This document shows positions 1-9,368 of a DNA stretch of 25,846 bases, in pieces (the stretch's first letter is position 1; each line of letters starts with the position of its first letter). The notes beneath the pieces are model-generated. The model saw nothing but the letters and a program-made list of their open reading frames with translations, ran no database searches and was not told the DNA's origin. Source of the DNA: an uncultured archaeon (lineage in GTDB: Archaea; Asgardarchaeota; Thorarchaeia; Thorarchaeales; Thorarchaeaceae); the NCBI GenBank assembly GCA_964458565.1, contig CAYWJO010000048.1:1-25846 (forward strand), written 5' to 3'. A program made the position numbers and the translations under genes.

Positions 1-2451
1 GCAATAGCAATCTTATTCGTATCTGTTCTTGGAATTTTGTTCTACATGACTCCTGTCACAGAAGCACTGCTCACTGCTCCATGCGGATTAAAGAATGGTC
101 CATATGTGGACAAAATCATGTATAACGTGATTGAAGGTGATGACCAGCAAGTCCTCGCTCTCCTAAATAATGAGATAGATCTCATCGGTGATATGGTCGA
201 TCCAACACATCTTCCTACTCTAGAAGCAGCTGAGGATATTGATGTTGCTAACGTGCTCCGGAATGGATATGGGTATGTAACGATTAATACAGCCAAATAT
301 CCTCTAAACATCACTTCTTTCAGAAGAGCACTTGCCTTTGCGCTTGACAAGCAGGCAATCTCAGACGATGCTTGGGATGGTCTATCAGAACCACAGGATT
401 CATGTGTAGCCAAGGTAAACCCATTCTCATGTGAGGGACTTCTACCTTACACGTACTATGAGTCACAGGTTTCTCTTGGAAATCAGATGTTGGATGCTGC
501 AGGATTCCCAATTGATCCTATTTCTGGTTTCAGACTCACACCAGATGGTGATCCATTTGACGTGTTAGTTGAGTGTGCACAGTCATCCAACATTGCTATT
601 GAAGTCGGTGAAAAGGTTGCTGAAGCACTTCGTGCTCTACAGGTTGATGCAGTATCAGAACCAGTTGACTTCTACGAGTATCTGAACCGGCTCTACTTCC
701 ACGGTGACTATGACATCGCATTCCTTTCCACAAGCTTCAACAACTTCGATGTTGACTGGCTTGCTTACGCGTATTGGTCAGAGTTCGCTGATGAGCCATA
801 CTACAACTTCCCCAACTGGCAGAATGCAACCTATGACAGCTGGAGAGACCAACTCCTCCATGCCACTGAATATGAGGATGTTTATGAAGCTGCATTTGCC
901 ATGCAGGAGATATGGGTCCATGCGTGTCCAATGATTATATGTTATGAGAACACCCTCCTATCAGCCTATAGAACTGACAAGTTCGAGGGTTTGATTAATG
1001 ATGTAAGCGATGGTGTACCTGGATGGTGGACAAACTACAAAGTTCACCTCAAGTCAGGTCAGGCTGGTGCTCCATGGGGTGGTACATTCCGCTGGAGTAA
1101 TCCACTCGACCTTGACTCTTTCAACTTCATGACTAGCAACTCTGCTTACACGATGAATGTGCTACAGGAGCTTTATGATAGTCTCTTGATTCAGGATCCT
1201 TCAGGTAATGACCTCCTTTGGCTTGCAGAGACCTACATAGCTGAAACTCATGACGACAATCCATCAGTACCAGATGGCTATACCAGATTTACAATAGATA
1301 TGATTCAGAATGCCACTTGGACTGATGGCACTCCACTGACAGCTGAGGATGTTGCATACTCGCTCAACTACTTCCGTGATTCACCAGGTAACCCCTACGG
1401 TACTGACCTTGTGGAGATGACGGCTGCATACGCTCCTTCAACCTTCCGTGTAGTGGTGGATTTCTCAAGCGAGTCTTTCTGGCATCTTCATTCATTGGGA
1501 TACAAGTATATCATTCCAAAACATATCTTTTTGACAATTGGTCTTGAGAACTGGAATATATGGGATCCTAATCCTCCAGCAGAGGAAATGGTGACCTCTG
1601 GTCCATTCAATGTATCTGACTATGCAGCTGGTGAGTTCTGTGAACTTTCAAAAAATCCTGACTATTTCTACGGCATTGATGAGTCTTCATATGTTACGAC
1701 AACCACAACAACCACTACACCTACAACTTCAACAATTCCCACTTACTCGCCAACGACAAGTGTTACTACAACAACTACAACTTCAACCACATCCCCCACG
1801 GTACCAATTGAACATGGTCTTTATTGGGGAGTAAGCATTGGTGATCGCCTTGATTTTGAGGTCACTAATACTCTAGTTGATGCGATGGTCACTATATACT
1901 CAGAGGATTCTGGTAATGCCTATTTCCTTGTTACTAATACACCGACGATACCGGAAACTATCTCTTCTATTTATGATGTTCCATATATTGATGGTACAAT
2001 TTGGTGGGAAAATGGAACTGAGTGGAATTATTTGGAAAGTCCAATAGCACCCGGAGCTTTTGTAGTTCCACTTGGAAATGTAGATTTGTATATTGAAGCA
2101 TGGAGCGAAATGGCTTATACCACTACTAATGAAAATTCGCAAGTCTTTGGATATACGATGACAATTGAAGGGACAACTGGAACTTTAGAATTTCATGCAC
2201 TTTATTCTAAGAATTCAGGGTTTCTCTCATTATACTCAATAAGGATATTCGATACAGCATCGTTATTACTTGGAGAATTCAGAATTGATGTAATAGTTGA
2301 GACTTCCTCTTCTACAACTTCACCGACTGCAACACCATCATCATCTTGGTTAAATACTCTGTTAGCGAATCTGGGTTTGATTATTACCATAGGCTCTGTT
2401 GTTATCATTATCATTGTTGGTGGGCTCATTATACGATCAACACGAGGTTAA
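1..2451 (+). CDS. Family-5 (OppA/DppA-like) ABC solute-binding protein, circularly permuted, with extra C-terminal domain and TM anchor (5' end truncated by window)
   Basis: Frame 1 is open from base 1 (AIAILFVSVLGILFYM, the hydrophobic core of a signal peptide), so the true start lies upstream of the window. Motifs: GPYVDKI, LLNNEIDL, INTAKYPLNITSFRRALAFALDK, GGTFRW..LDSFN, YDSLL, WTDGTPLTAEDVAYS, SGPF, KNPDY. Two Ser/Thr tracts flank an extra domain; C-terminal TM helix followed by RSTRG. Confidence 0.9.
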   Translation, partial: AIAILFVSVLGILFYMTPVTEALLTAPCGLKNGPYVDKIMYNVIEGDDQQVLALLNNEIDLIGDMVDPTHLPTLEAAEDIDVANVLRNGYGYVTINTAKYPLNITSFRRALAFALDKQAISDDAWDGLSEPQDSCVAKVNPFSCEGLLPYTYYESQVSLGNQMLDAAGFPIDPISGFRLTPDGDPFDVLVECAQSSNIAIEVGEKVAEALRALQVDAVSEPVDFYEYLNRLYFHGDYDIAFLSTSFNNFDVDWLAYAYWSEFADEPYYNFPNWQNATYDSWRDQLLHATEYEDVYEAAFAMQEIWVHACPMIICYENTLLSAYRTDKFEGLINDVSDGVPGWWTNYKVHLKSGQAGAPWGGTFRWSNPLDLDSFNFMTSNSAYTMNVLQELYDSLLIQDPSGNDLLWLAETYIAETHDDNPSVPDGYTRFTIDMIQNATWTDGTPLTAEDVAYSLNYFRDSPGNPYGTDLVEMTAAYAPSTFRVVVDFSSESFWHLHSLGYKYIIPKHIFLTIGLENWNIWDPNPPAEEMVTSGPFNVSDYAAGEFCELSKNPDYFYGIDESSYVTTTTTTTTPTTSTIPTYSPTTSVTTTTTTSTTSPTVPIEHGLYWGVSIGDRLDFEVTNTLVDAMVTIYSEDSGNAYFLVTNTPTIPETISSIYDVPYIDGTIWWENGTEWNYLESPIAPGAFVVPLGNVDLYIEAWSEMAYTTTNENSQVFGYTMTIEGTTGTLEFHALYSKNSGFLSLYSIRIFDTASLLLGEFRIDVIVETSSSTTSPTATPSSSWLNTLLANLGLIITIGSVVIIIIVGGLIIRSTRG

Positions 2452-2467
2452 TCTCTCTCCATCTTGT

Positions 2468-2483
2468 GATGGTCTCAACCATC
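2468..2483 (+). terminator. Short hairpin after SBP 1 (possible terminator or processing stem)
   Basis: GATGGT-ctca-ACCATC shortly after the stop codon; no strong T-tract follows. Confidence 0.3.
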
Positions 2484-2534
2484 CCATTTGCTCAGTAAAG
2501 TACAAATTAGCTTGTTTCCTGATTGTCTTTGGTA

Positions 2535-4433
2535 ATGATGGTTTATTCAACGAAAACATGCATTTATTATTCTCTCACTCTATTACTATTTCAGATTCTT
2601 ATTGTGACACCAAGCGTGCCCTATTCTCCTAATTTATCCGAAATCCGTCCAGATGGTGGAGTTATCCAAGCACAAGATGAAATTGACCCGCTTGTGTTTT
2701 CTACATATTATGATTCTCCCGAGTCTATGCCACCCCTATTCTCATATGCTGAGATGTATGATTATGGGAGAGCCATAACCAGAGATGATTCAGGTTCGAT
2801 ATATATTGCGGGGGAAATTGGTGAAAGTTTTCTCTCGAAAATTTCTCCTTCAGGAAATCGAGTATTGTTATACAACAATGTTTGGGAGTCCGGAGTAGAA
2901 GTATCAGCTATCGCTATTGATTCTGAAGGTGATATTCTTGTAGCATTCAATAACTATGGGTATATTACTGTTGCAAAGATGGCTTCCAATGGATTCTATG
3001 AAAAGTTCAATGTTCCAATTGCAGGTTCAGCATATGATATTGTAACAGATATTGCAATTGATACCAATGATAACATCTACATTGTCGGATATACATCATC
3101 TAATGATTTCCCTTTGGTCAATCAATTATTTGAGAAGAACATAGGACAAGATGCTTTTCTCACTGTGATTGATCCTTCCGGACAAAATATTCTGTTTTCT
3201 ACTCTTATTGGTGGCTCTTTTCATGATATTGCAACATCCATAGCTCTTGATTCAGAAGATAATGTGTACATTGGTGGATACACGTTATCAGATGATTTTC
3301 CAGTGATCAATGCTTTTGATACAACACATGGGCAGGACGAAGATGGATTCATTCTAAAAATAAATTCAGGCTTAAGTGATCTTCTTTACTCATCATATAT
3401 TGGCGGGTCAGGTAGTGATCTCATTAATTCGATATATGTGACCGATATCAATAAGGTTTCAGCTTGTGGATTGACAAGTTCACCTAACTATCCTCAGGTT
3501 GGCGGCTTTGGTGATGAGATCAATGGTGAAGATGCCTTCATATTCCAAATGGATATATCTACTTCGTCTCTTTCTTTCTCAACTTCTCTTGGTGGGTCTG
3601 ACTCAGATGAGGCAGTCGATCTATCTATTGATGAAATCGGTCAAATCTATGTGACCGGTGAAACAAAATCAGCTGATTTTCCAACTCTATTTACGCATGT
3701 ATCAAACTCAACAAGTGGACTTCGAAGCATCTTCGTATCAAAAATATCAACATCAAAGACTCTGCAGTTTTCTACTATAGTAGGTGGGACATCAACAAAC
3801 TATGTTCATGGAATGGTAGTTGATGATTATGGTAGCTCATTTATCATTGGAGAGAGTAGATCGGCTGATTTTCCTACTCGGTCCCCCCTTTATGCTGAGA
3901 ACCAAGGGTATACAGATGTCATTCTATTCAAATTAGCTGATTTAACTGATTCAGATGGTGATACGTTAAGTGACTACAGAGAGTCATTGTACGAGTCAAG
4001 TCGATATAAAATTGATACAGATGACGATTCCATGCCTGACAATTACGAAGTACAATATGATCTTGATCCTCTAACGGATGATACAATGCTTGACCTGGAT
4101 GAGGATGGTCTTTCAAATCTTATCGAATTTAATATCGGAACATTATGTGATTCTCCAGATTCCGATATGGATTCATACTCTGATTGGTTTGAGTATACAT
4201 TTGGTTTCAATCCATTAGATCCAACAGTGACTCCATTGGAAGTTATACTTGGGAGTCCACTTCTTATTCCTTCTATCTTTGGCTTGGTAGTAGTAGTGGT
4301 TTCATCGTATGTTCTTCTGAGGTATAGGCGAATTAGAACACAAGCGGAATCTGATGCGCGGTTAAAGATAGAAGCAAAAGAAGCTCTAGATAAATTGAGG
4401 GAAGTCAATTCAAAGGATGAAGTTTCAGTTTAA
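2535..4433 (+). CDS. Surface protein with SBBP (beta-propeller) repeats, TSP3-like Ca-binding repeats and C-terminal TM helix
   Basis: N-terminal hydrophobic signal. Repeated IAID.(N/E)DN(I/V)YI.G.T.S.DFP ... DAF...I units typical of SBBP repeats. Four D-x-D-x-D-x-x-x-[DN]-x-x-E repeats; TM (IFGLVVVVVSSYVLL) then RYRR and a ~35 aa charged tail. ATG at 2535 or 2538 preferred over TTG at 2523. Confidence 0.85.
   Translation: MMVYSTKTCIYYSLTLLLFQILIVTPSVPYSPNLSEIRPDGGVIQAQDEIDPLVFSTYYDSPESMPPLFSYAEMYDYGRAITRDDSGSIYIAGEIGESFLSKISPSGNRVLLYNNVWESGVEVSAIAIDSEGDILVAFNNYGYITVAKMASNGFYEKFNVPIAGSAYDIVTDIAIDTNDNIYIVGYTSSNDFPLVNQLFEKNIGQDAFLTVIDPSGQNILFSTLIGGSFHDIATSIALDSEDNVYIGGYTLSDDFPVINAFDTTHGQDEDGFILKINSGLSDLLYSSYIGGSGSDLINSIYVTDINKVSACGLTSSPNYPQVGGFGDEINGEDAFIFQMDISTSSLSFSTSLGGSDSDEAVDLSIDEIGQIYVTGETKSADFPTLFTHVSNSTSGLRSIFVSKISTSKTLQFSTIVGGTSTNYVHGMVVDDYGSSFIIGESRSADFPTRSPLYAENQGYTDVILFKLADLTDSDGDTLSDYRESLYESSRYKIDTDDDSMPDNYEVQYDLDPLTDDTMLDLDEDGLSNLIEFNIGTLCDSPDSDMDSYSDWFEYTFGFNPLDPTVTPLEVILGSPLLIPSIFGLVVVVVSSYVLLRYRRIRTQAESDARLKIEAKEALDKLREVNSKDEVSV
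3948..4224 (+). repeat. Four TSP3-like acidic calcium-binding repeats (protein level)
   Basis: DSDGDTLSDYRE, DTDDDSMPDNYE, DLDEDGLSNLIE, DSDMDSYSDWFE with 22-26 aa spacing. Confidence 0.75.
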
Positions 4434-4504
4434 GTATCTCAAGACTTGATTGGAAACAATTTTAACTCCGTATGATATCAGACATATAAAAAGGGAGATA
4501 TGTA

Positions 4505-6898
4505 ATGAATAATAGAACATCTTCATTAATCCTCATCGTAACACTAGCAATATTGACAATTCCATCTTTCTCGTTTATATCGAGTAGTACTGCTTCAGAT
4601 TATACGCAGTCCGAGCTATATGATGGTCCATACCTCAGCAAGGTTGTCTATAATGTGATTGAAACAGAAAGCCAAGCAGTGACTGCCCTTCAAAATAATG
4701 ATCTAGATATGATCGGCGAGGTTATTGATTCATCATATATTCCAACTCTTGAGGCAACTGAACATGTTGAAGTTATGCAGAAGCTCCGTAATGGATACGG
4801 AAGTATGATAATCAATACTGCAAAGAATCCTTTGAATTATACCGCATTTAGACGAGCCCTGGCTTTTGCTATTGATAAAGAAGGTATCGCATCTGATGTT
4901 TTTGACGGTACTGCTTATCCACTTGATTCAGTCGTTCCAGATATCAATCCATTCTCATGCGAAGGTCTTTTGGGATACGACTACTACGCTGATAACATTG
5001 CAATAGCGAATCAGTTACTTGAAGATGCGGGTTTTACAATTAGCGGAACAACAGGATTTAGGATGACGCCGCAAGGCGATGAATTCTCCATTAAGGTTGA
5101 AGTTGCCTCTACGTCCACACTCGCTATCGAGATTGGTAACCATTTTGAATACACGCTTGGTCTACTTCAGATAAATGCGACCTCAGTTCCCACTGATGCC
5201 TTTGAATATATTATTAGACTCCAGCTCCATGATGACTATGATATCGCATTTTTAGGAAAGAGCTACAGTAATTTTGATGTTGATTGGCTGGCTTATGACT
5301 ATTGGTCAGATTATTCCGATGTAGATTATTACAACTATCCGAATTGGGAGAACTCCACTTATGATAGTTGGAGAGATCAATTATTACATGCAACCGAGTA
5401 TGAGGATGTATACGAAGCAGCCTTCGAAATGCAGAAAATATGGGTTCATGCATGTCCTGAGATCATCTGTTACGAAAACATCGAATATTTTGCTCACAGG
5501 ACAGATCAATTTACGGGATTTGTAAACGATGTTCAAAAGGGACTCCCATCTTGGTGGACGAACTTCAAGACTCATCTACCCTCTGCTTTAGGTGGCACTC
5601 TTAGATGGAGCAATCCCAATGATATCGACGGTTTCAACATTATGACCTCGAACTCTGTTGCTACGCTTAATGTCTTGCAGATGCTATACGATAGTCTCTT
5701 AATTAGAGATCCAGATGGAACTCCGATTCCTTGGTTAGCAAATACCTACAAGACAGAAGTACATTCAGATAATGGAACTGTTCCAGCAGACCACACTCGC
5801 TTTACACTTAATTTACTTCAGAATGCAACATGGTCAGATCTAACACCAATTACAGCTGAGGATGTTGCATATTGTCTGAATTATTACAAGGATAGTGCTG
5901 GATTACCTTATGGGATCGATTTAGTTGATATGTCCGCAGCTTATACAACATCAACATATCAAGTAGTTGTCGAATTTGATTCGGAATCATATTGGCATCT
6001 CTCCTCGTTTGCATTCAAACCAATTCTACCAAAGAGTACGTTACTGAGCATAGGGTCTGGATGGAGTTCTTGGAATCCTACTTATTCATCACTCGTTACT
6101 TCTGGTCCATTTTATGTATCCGGATATTCATCTGGTGAATATATCGAGCTATCTCAAAATCTATTCTACTATAGAGATGGGACAATCACACCAATTACGA
6201 CTGATACAACAACAACAATTCCTACTCAACCAGAACCTATGAACCATAGTCTTTACTATGATGTAGATGTTGGTGACCGACTAGACGTCGAAGTCGATAT
6301 AACATCAACGTATCTAATGACTACAATCCCACAAACCAATGGTGTCGAATCCGCATATTTCATTGCAGATGGGATTCCAGTTATTCCAGATTCCATATCA
6401 TCAATAATGGATATTCCTCCTCTAAACGCAACGCTCTATTGGGCTAATGGGACTGAATGGGTGGACCAAAGTTTAAGCACATTGATGGCAATGCCCTTAG
6501 GAAACTGGAGCTTCTACGCATCTCTATGGGAAGTGATAGGTGTTTATGATGTGGTTGAAACTGACACCTCTTTTTCCATAAGTGTATCATTGACTCTACT
6601 AAATACCACCCTAACCTTGACGAGAGAGCAATCAAAATCAACAGGTTTGTTGAATCTGTACCTATCTGGGATTTACATGAATGAAGCTTTGGTGGAATCC
6701 ATAAGAATTCAAGTCCCCTCACCTACATCATCTAGTAGCACAATACAATCGACATCTAATACTACAACAAGCAGTACTTCACCGACCAGTTCATTACCTA
6801 CATTCAATCCAATGGATACTATCACTATGGTTATCGTATTTGGATGTGCTGCGGTGGTTATCATTGTGGTAATCGTAATAATTCGTGGAAGAAGATAG
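4505..6898 (+). CDS. Family-5 ABC solute-binding protein paralog 2, permuted, with extra C-terminal domain and TM anchor
   Basis: Signal peptide; GGGAG upstream; same motifs as gene 1 (GPYLSKV, FRRALAFAIDK, YDSWRDQLLHATEYEDVYEAAF, GGTLRWSNP, WSDLTPITAEDV, SGPF); Ser/Thr linkers; TM then RGRR. Confidence 0.9.
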   Translation: MNNRTSSLILIVTLAILTIPSFSFISSSTASDYTQSELYDGPYLSKVVYNVIETESQAVTALQNNDLDMIGEVIDSSYIPTLEATEHVEVMQKLRNGYGSMIINTAKNPLNYTAFRRALAFAIDKEGIASDVFDGTAYPLDSVVPDINPFSCEGLLGYDYYADNIAIANQLLEDAGFTISGTTGFRMTPQGDEFSIKVEVASTSTLAIEIGNHFEYTLGLLQINATSVPTDAFEYIIRLQLHDDYDIAFLGKSYSNFDVDWLAYDYWSDYSDVDYYNYPNWENSTYDSWRDQLLHATEYEDVYEAAFEMQKIWVHACPEIICYENIEYFAHRTDQFTGFVNDVQKGLPSWWTNFKTHLPSALGGTLRWSNPNDIDGFNIMTSNSVATLNVLQMLYDSLLIRDPDGTPIPWLANTYKTEVHSDNGTVPADHTRFTLNLLQNATWSDLTPITAEDVAYCLNYYKDSAGLPYGIDLVDMSAAYTTSTYQVVVEFDSESYWHLSSFAFKPILPKSTLLSIGSGWSSWNPTYSSLVTSGPFYVSGYSSGEYIELSQNLFYYRDGTITPITTDTTTTIPTQPEPMNHSLYYDVDVGDRLDVEVDITSTYLMTTIPQTNGVESAYFIADGIPVIPDSISSIMDIPPLNATLYWANGTEWVDQSLSTLMAMPLGNWSFYASLWEVIGVYDVVETDTSFSISVSLTLLNTTLTLTREQSKSTGLLNLYLSGIYMNEALVESIRIQVPSPTSSSSTIQSTSNTTTSSTSPTSSLPTFNPMDTITMVIVFGCAAVVIIVVIVIIRGRR

Positions 6899-6910
6899 AG
6901 TATTTGAAGT

Positions 6911-6960
6911 GATGAGTGATATCAGTCTGTGATATTCATTCATCCATTCTTCTTTTTTTT
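6911..6960 (+). terminator. Hairpin plus T8 intrinsic terminator-like element
   Basis: GATGAGTGATATCA-gtctg-TGATATTCATTCATC (imperfect stem) followed by a pyrimidine run ending in TTTTTTTT at 6953-6960, just after the stop at 6898. Confidence 0.65.
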
Positions 6961-7058
6961 AGGTTCTGTGGATACTTCTTCTCTAATTCCCTATATACCT
7001 CGAGTGGTACTAGTACAGGAAACATCAAAGGAATATAATATAATACACTCTAATATAC

Positions 7059-7066
7059 TTTATATT
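7059..7066 (+). promoter_or_regulatory. Candidate archaeal TATA box
   Basis: TTTATATT about 30 nt upstream of the 20-bp stem starting at 7090. The AT-rich context makes this weak on its own. Confidence 0.3.
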
Positions 7067-7089
7067 GTGATGTGTGGAAATAAATATAG

Positions 7090-7238
7090 CGATACTGCTT
7101 CAAATCGGATTTAACCCTTAAATGGTTATTCCGCTACAAAAACTAGTTTGAGACAACGCTGAGTGTGTCAAAGTAAGACTATGTACCTTCTCCAAATGGC
7201 CTACTCTCTGTTGATTGTTTCGGTTTGAGGCAGTATCG
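7090..7238 (+). ncRNA. Candidate structured small RNA (alternatively a MITE-like element) closed by a 20-bp stem
   Basis: CGATACTGCTTCAAATCGGA (7090-7109) pairs with TTCGGTTTGAGGCAGTATCG (7219-7238): 17 Watson-Crick pairs plus 3 G.U on the + strand. Followed by TTATTTTT. No family recognised. Confidence 0.4.
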
Positions 7239-7344
7239 GATTATTTTTGTTCATAATTTCTGGAACCTTTTGTGTCATTTCAAGCACAAACAGATTAATG
7301 TCAGTGATTCATCCTCATAATCAATAAGGTCTAGAGGTTTTAAC

Positions 7345-9303
7345 ATGAAGATCTCACAGATTGCAGGATTATTCTCTCTTGGTCTGGTTTCGGTTCTACT
7401 TTTCACATCGCAACTAGTGATACCAAGTATAGCTGTAGCCTTGGATTATCCTGACAAACACGGACCTTATCTTGACTACATTGAGTACAAGGTTTTGACG
7501 GGAGATGACCTCCAGAACGAGGCGCTCATTAACGGTGAAATTGACGTTATTGGAGACATGATCTCTTCCTCGTCGCTGACACAGCTTGAAGCAGCAGACG
7601 ACATTAAGGTGGACCGGACACTTAGGAACGGTTATAGCTATCTGACTATTAACACTGCGAAGAACCCTTTCAATTATACATCATTCAGACGAGCGGCTGC
7701 ATTTGCATATAATAAAACAGCAGTATGCGAAATTGCGTGGGCTGGTCTTGCTGAACCCTTGGATGCTTCAATCCCGAAAATGAATCCCTTCTCCTGTGAA
7801 GGTCTTCTTGATTTCTGCTATTACGATGGTGACATTGAAACTGCAAACAAACTTCTGGATGATGCAGGATTTAGCATTGATTCCATTAGTGGATATCGTC
7901 TTGATCCTCATGGTAATCCATTTTCAGTTACTATTGAATGCGCACAATCTTCTGATATAGCAATAATCTGCGGTGACTTGATGGCAGAAGCACTTCAAAC
8001 CATAAATGTTGATGCTGTTAACGTACCTACTGACTTCTACGAGTATCTTAATCGTCTTTATTTCCACGGGGATTACGACATGGTTTTCCTTGGTAGTAGT
8101 TTTAATGGCTATGATGTAGATTGGCTGGCTTATGAGTTCTGGTCTGTCTATGCGGATGATCCATATTGTTACTGTAACTATCCTCAATGGCGCAATGCAA
8201 CCTATGACAGCTGGAGAGATCAGCTCCTGCATGGAACATCCTTTGAGGCAGTATATGAGGCTGCTTTCAAGATGCAGGAAATTCTAGCGTACGACTGTCC
8301 AATTATCATTTGCTATGAGAATATTCTCTTAACTGGATATAGAACTGACAAATTTGAAAATTTCGTGACAACATCTGATAGTGGCGCTTATGGATGGTGG
8401 ACTCTTTACAATACTAGGTTAAAACAGGGTCAAGCTGGAGCGCCTTGGGGTGGAGCTCATAGAATTAGTAGTCCTCTAGATTTTGACTCTTTAAACACAT
8501 TCTTAACAGCATCATGTTATTGTCAGAGCTTTGAATTCGAGATATACGATTCTCTATTAAAACCGGGTCCTGACGGGATTCTGTTACCATGGTTGGCTGA
8601 ATCCTACACCATTGAAACTCATGATGATAATCCTGCGATAGTTGATGGGCATACAAGGTTCACATTCAAGATTCTTGACAATGCAACATGGACTGACGGG
8701 GAACCGCTAAATGCAGAAGATGTCGTCTATGCTCTGAATTATTATAGAGATGCACCTGGTAGTCCTCTCGGGATAGACCTTTCTGAAATGACAGCTGCAT
8801 ATACTCCGTCTACAGGAAGGGCTGTTGTGGAATTTTCATCGGTGTCTTATTGGCATCTCAGCGTTTTAGTTTCAAAACCTATCTTACCAAAACATGTTCT
8901 TATGGATCTTGGGCTTGAGGGGTGGAATACCTGGGACCCAAACCCAATGGAGGAAGAAATAGTGACTTCAGGTCCTTGGAAAATTTACGAATTTGTACCA
9001 GGAAATCACACAACGCTTGTTAGAAATGAAGATTATTTTTACTCTCCAAGAATTCGTGAACCTTATCCATCGACTGTTCAGACAACTACGTCAACTGCTG
9101 TAACTCCATCGACAAATACGGGAAGCATAATTACACAAACGACTAGTGTGACTGCATCCACAACTGAACCTGTAGCTCCAGCGCCAAGTTTGGATGAACT
9201 TCTTGCGAGCGCAGGGTTAGCTATTACAATTGGTTCATTAACAGTCATTGTGGTTTTAAGTGTCCAGATACTTCGTAACTCAAAATTCAGTAGACCATCA
9301 TAA
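7345..9303 (+). CDS. Family-5 ABC solute-binding protein paralog 3, permuted, Cys-rich, TM-anchored
   Basis: GAGG upstream; signal peptide; GPYLDYI, NGEIDV, FRRAAAFAYNK, GQAGAPWGG, YDSLL, WTDGEPLNAEDV, SGPW, RNEDY; YCYC and SCYC motifs; Ser/Thr linker; TM. Confidence 0.9.
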   Translation: MKISQIAGLFSLGLVSVLLFTSQLVIPSIAVALDYPDKHGPYLDYIEYKVLTGDDLQNEALINGEIDVIGDMISSSSLTQLEAADDIKVDRTLRNGYSYLTINTAKNPFNYTSFRRAAAFAYNKTAVCEIAWAGLAEPLDASIPKMNPFSCEGLLDFCYYDGDIETANKLLDDAGFSIDSISGYRLDPHGNPFSVTIECAQSSDIAIICGDLMAEALQTINVDAVNVPTDFYEYLNRLYFHGDYDMVFLGSSFNGYDVDWLAYEFWSVYADDPYCYCNYPQWRNATYDSWRDQLLHGTSFEAVYEAAFKMQEILAYDCPIIICYENILLTGYRTDKFENFVTTSDSGAYGWWTLYNTRLKQGQAGAPWGGAHRISSPLDFDSLNTFLTASCYCQSFEFEIYDSLLKPGPDGILLPWLAESYTIETHDDNPAIVDGHTRFTFKILDNATWTDGEPLNAEDVVYALNYYRDAPGSPLGIDLSEMTAAYTPSTGRAVVEFSSVSYWHLSVLVSKPILPKHVLMDLGLEGWNTWDPNPMEEEIVTSGPWKIYEFVPGNHTTLVRNEDYFYSPRIREPYPSTVQTTTSTAVTPSTNTGSIITQTTSVTASTTEPVAPAPSLDELLASAGLAITIGSLTVIVVLSVQILRNSKFSRPS

Positions 9304-9368
9304 CAATAGAATTAATATAAATGAAACAAAATTTACATCAATAGGTGACTTAGGGCGGAGATTTGTGG

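Noticed and set aside
1693-1800. ACA/ACT-rich tandem-like DNA here and at ~6720-6790, ~22290-22360, ~24965-25080
   Set aside because: Encodes Thr/Ser stalks; not CRISPR or a VNTR, with no fixed repeat-spacer period.
6929-7114. 61-aa intergenic ORF
   Set aside because: Starts inside a terminator hairpin, runs through a T8 tract, and has no RBS or motif.
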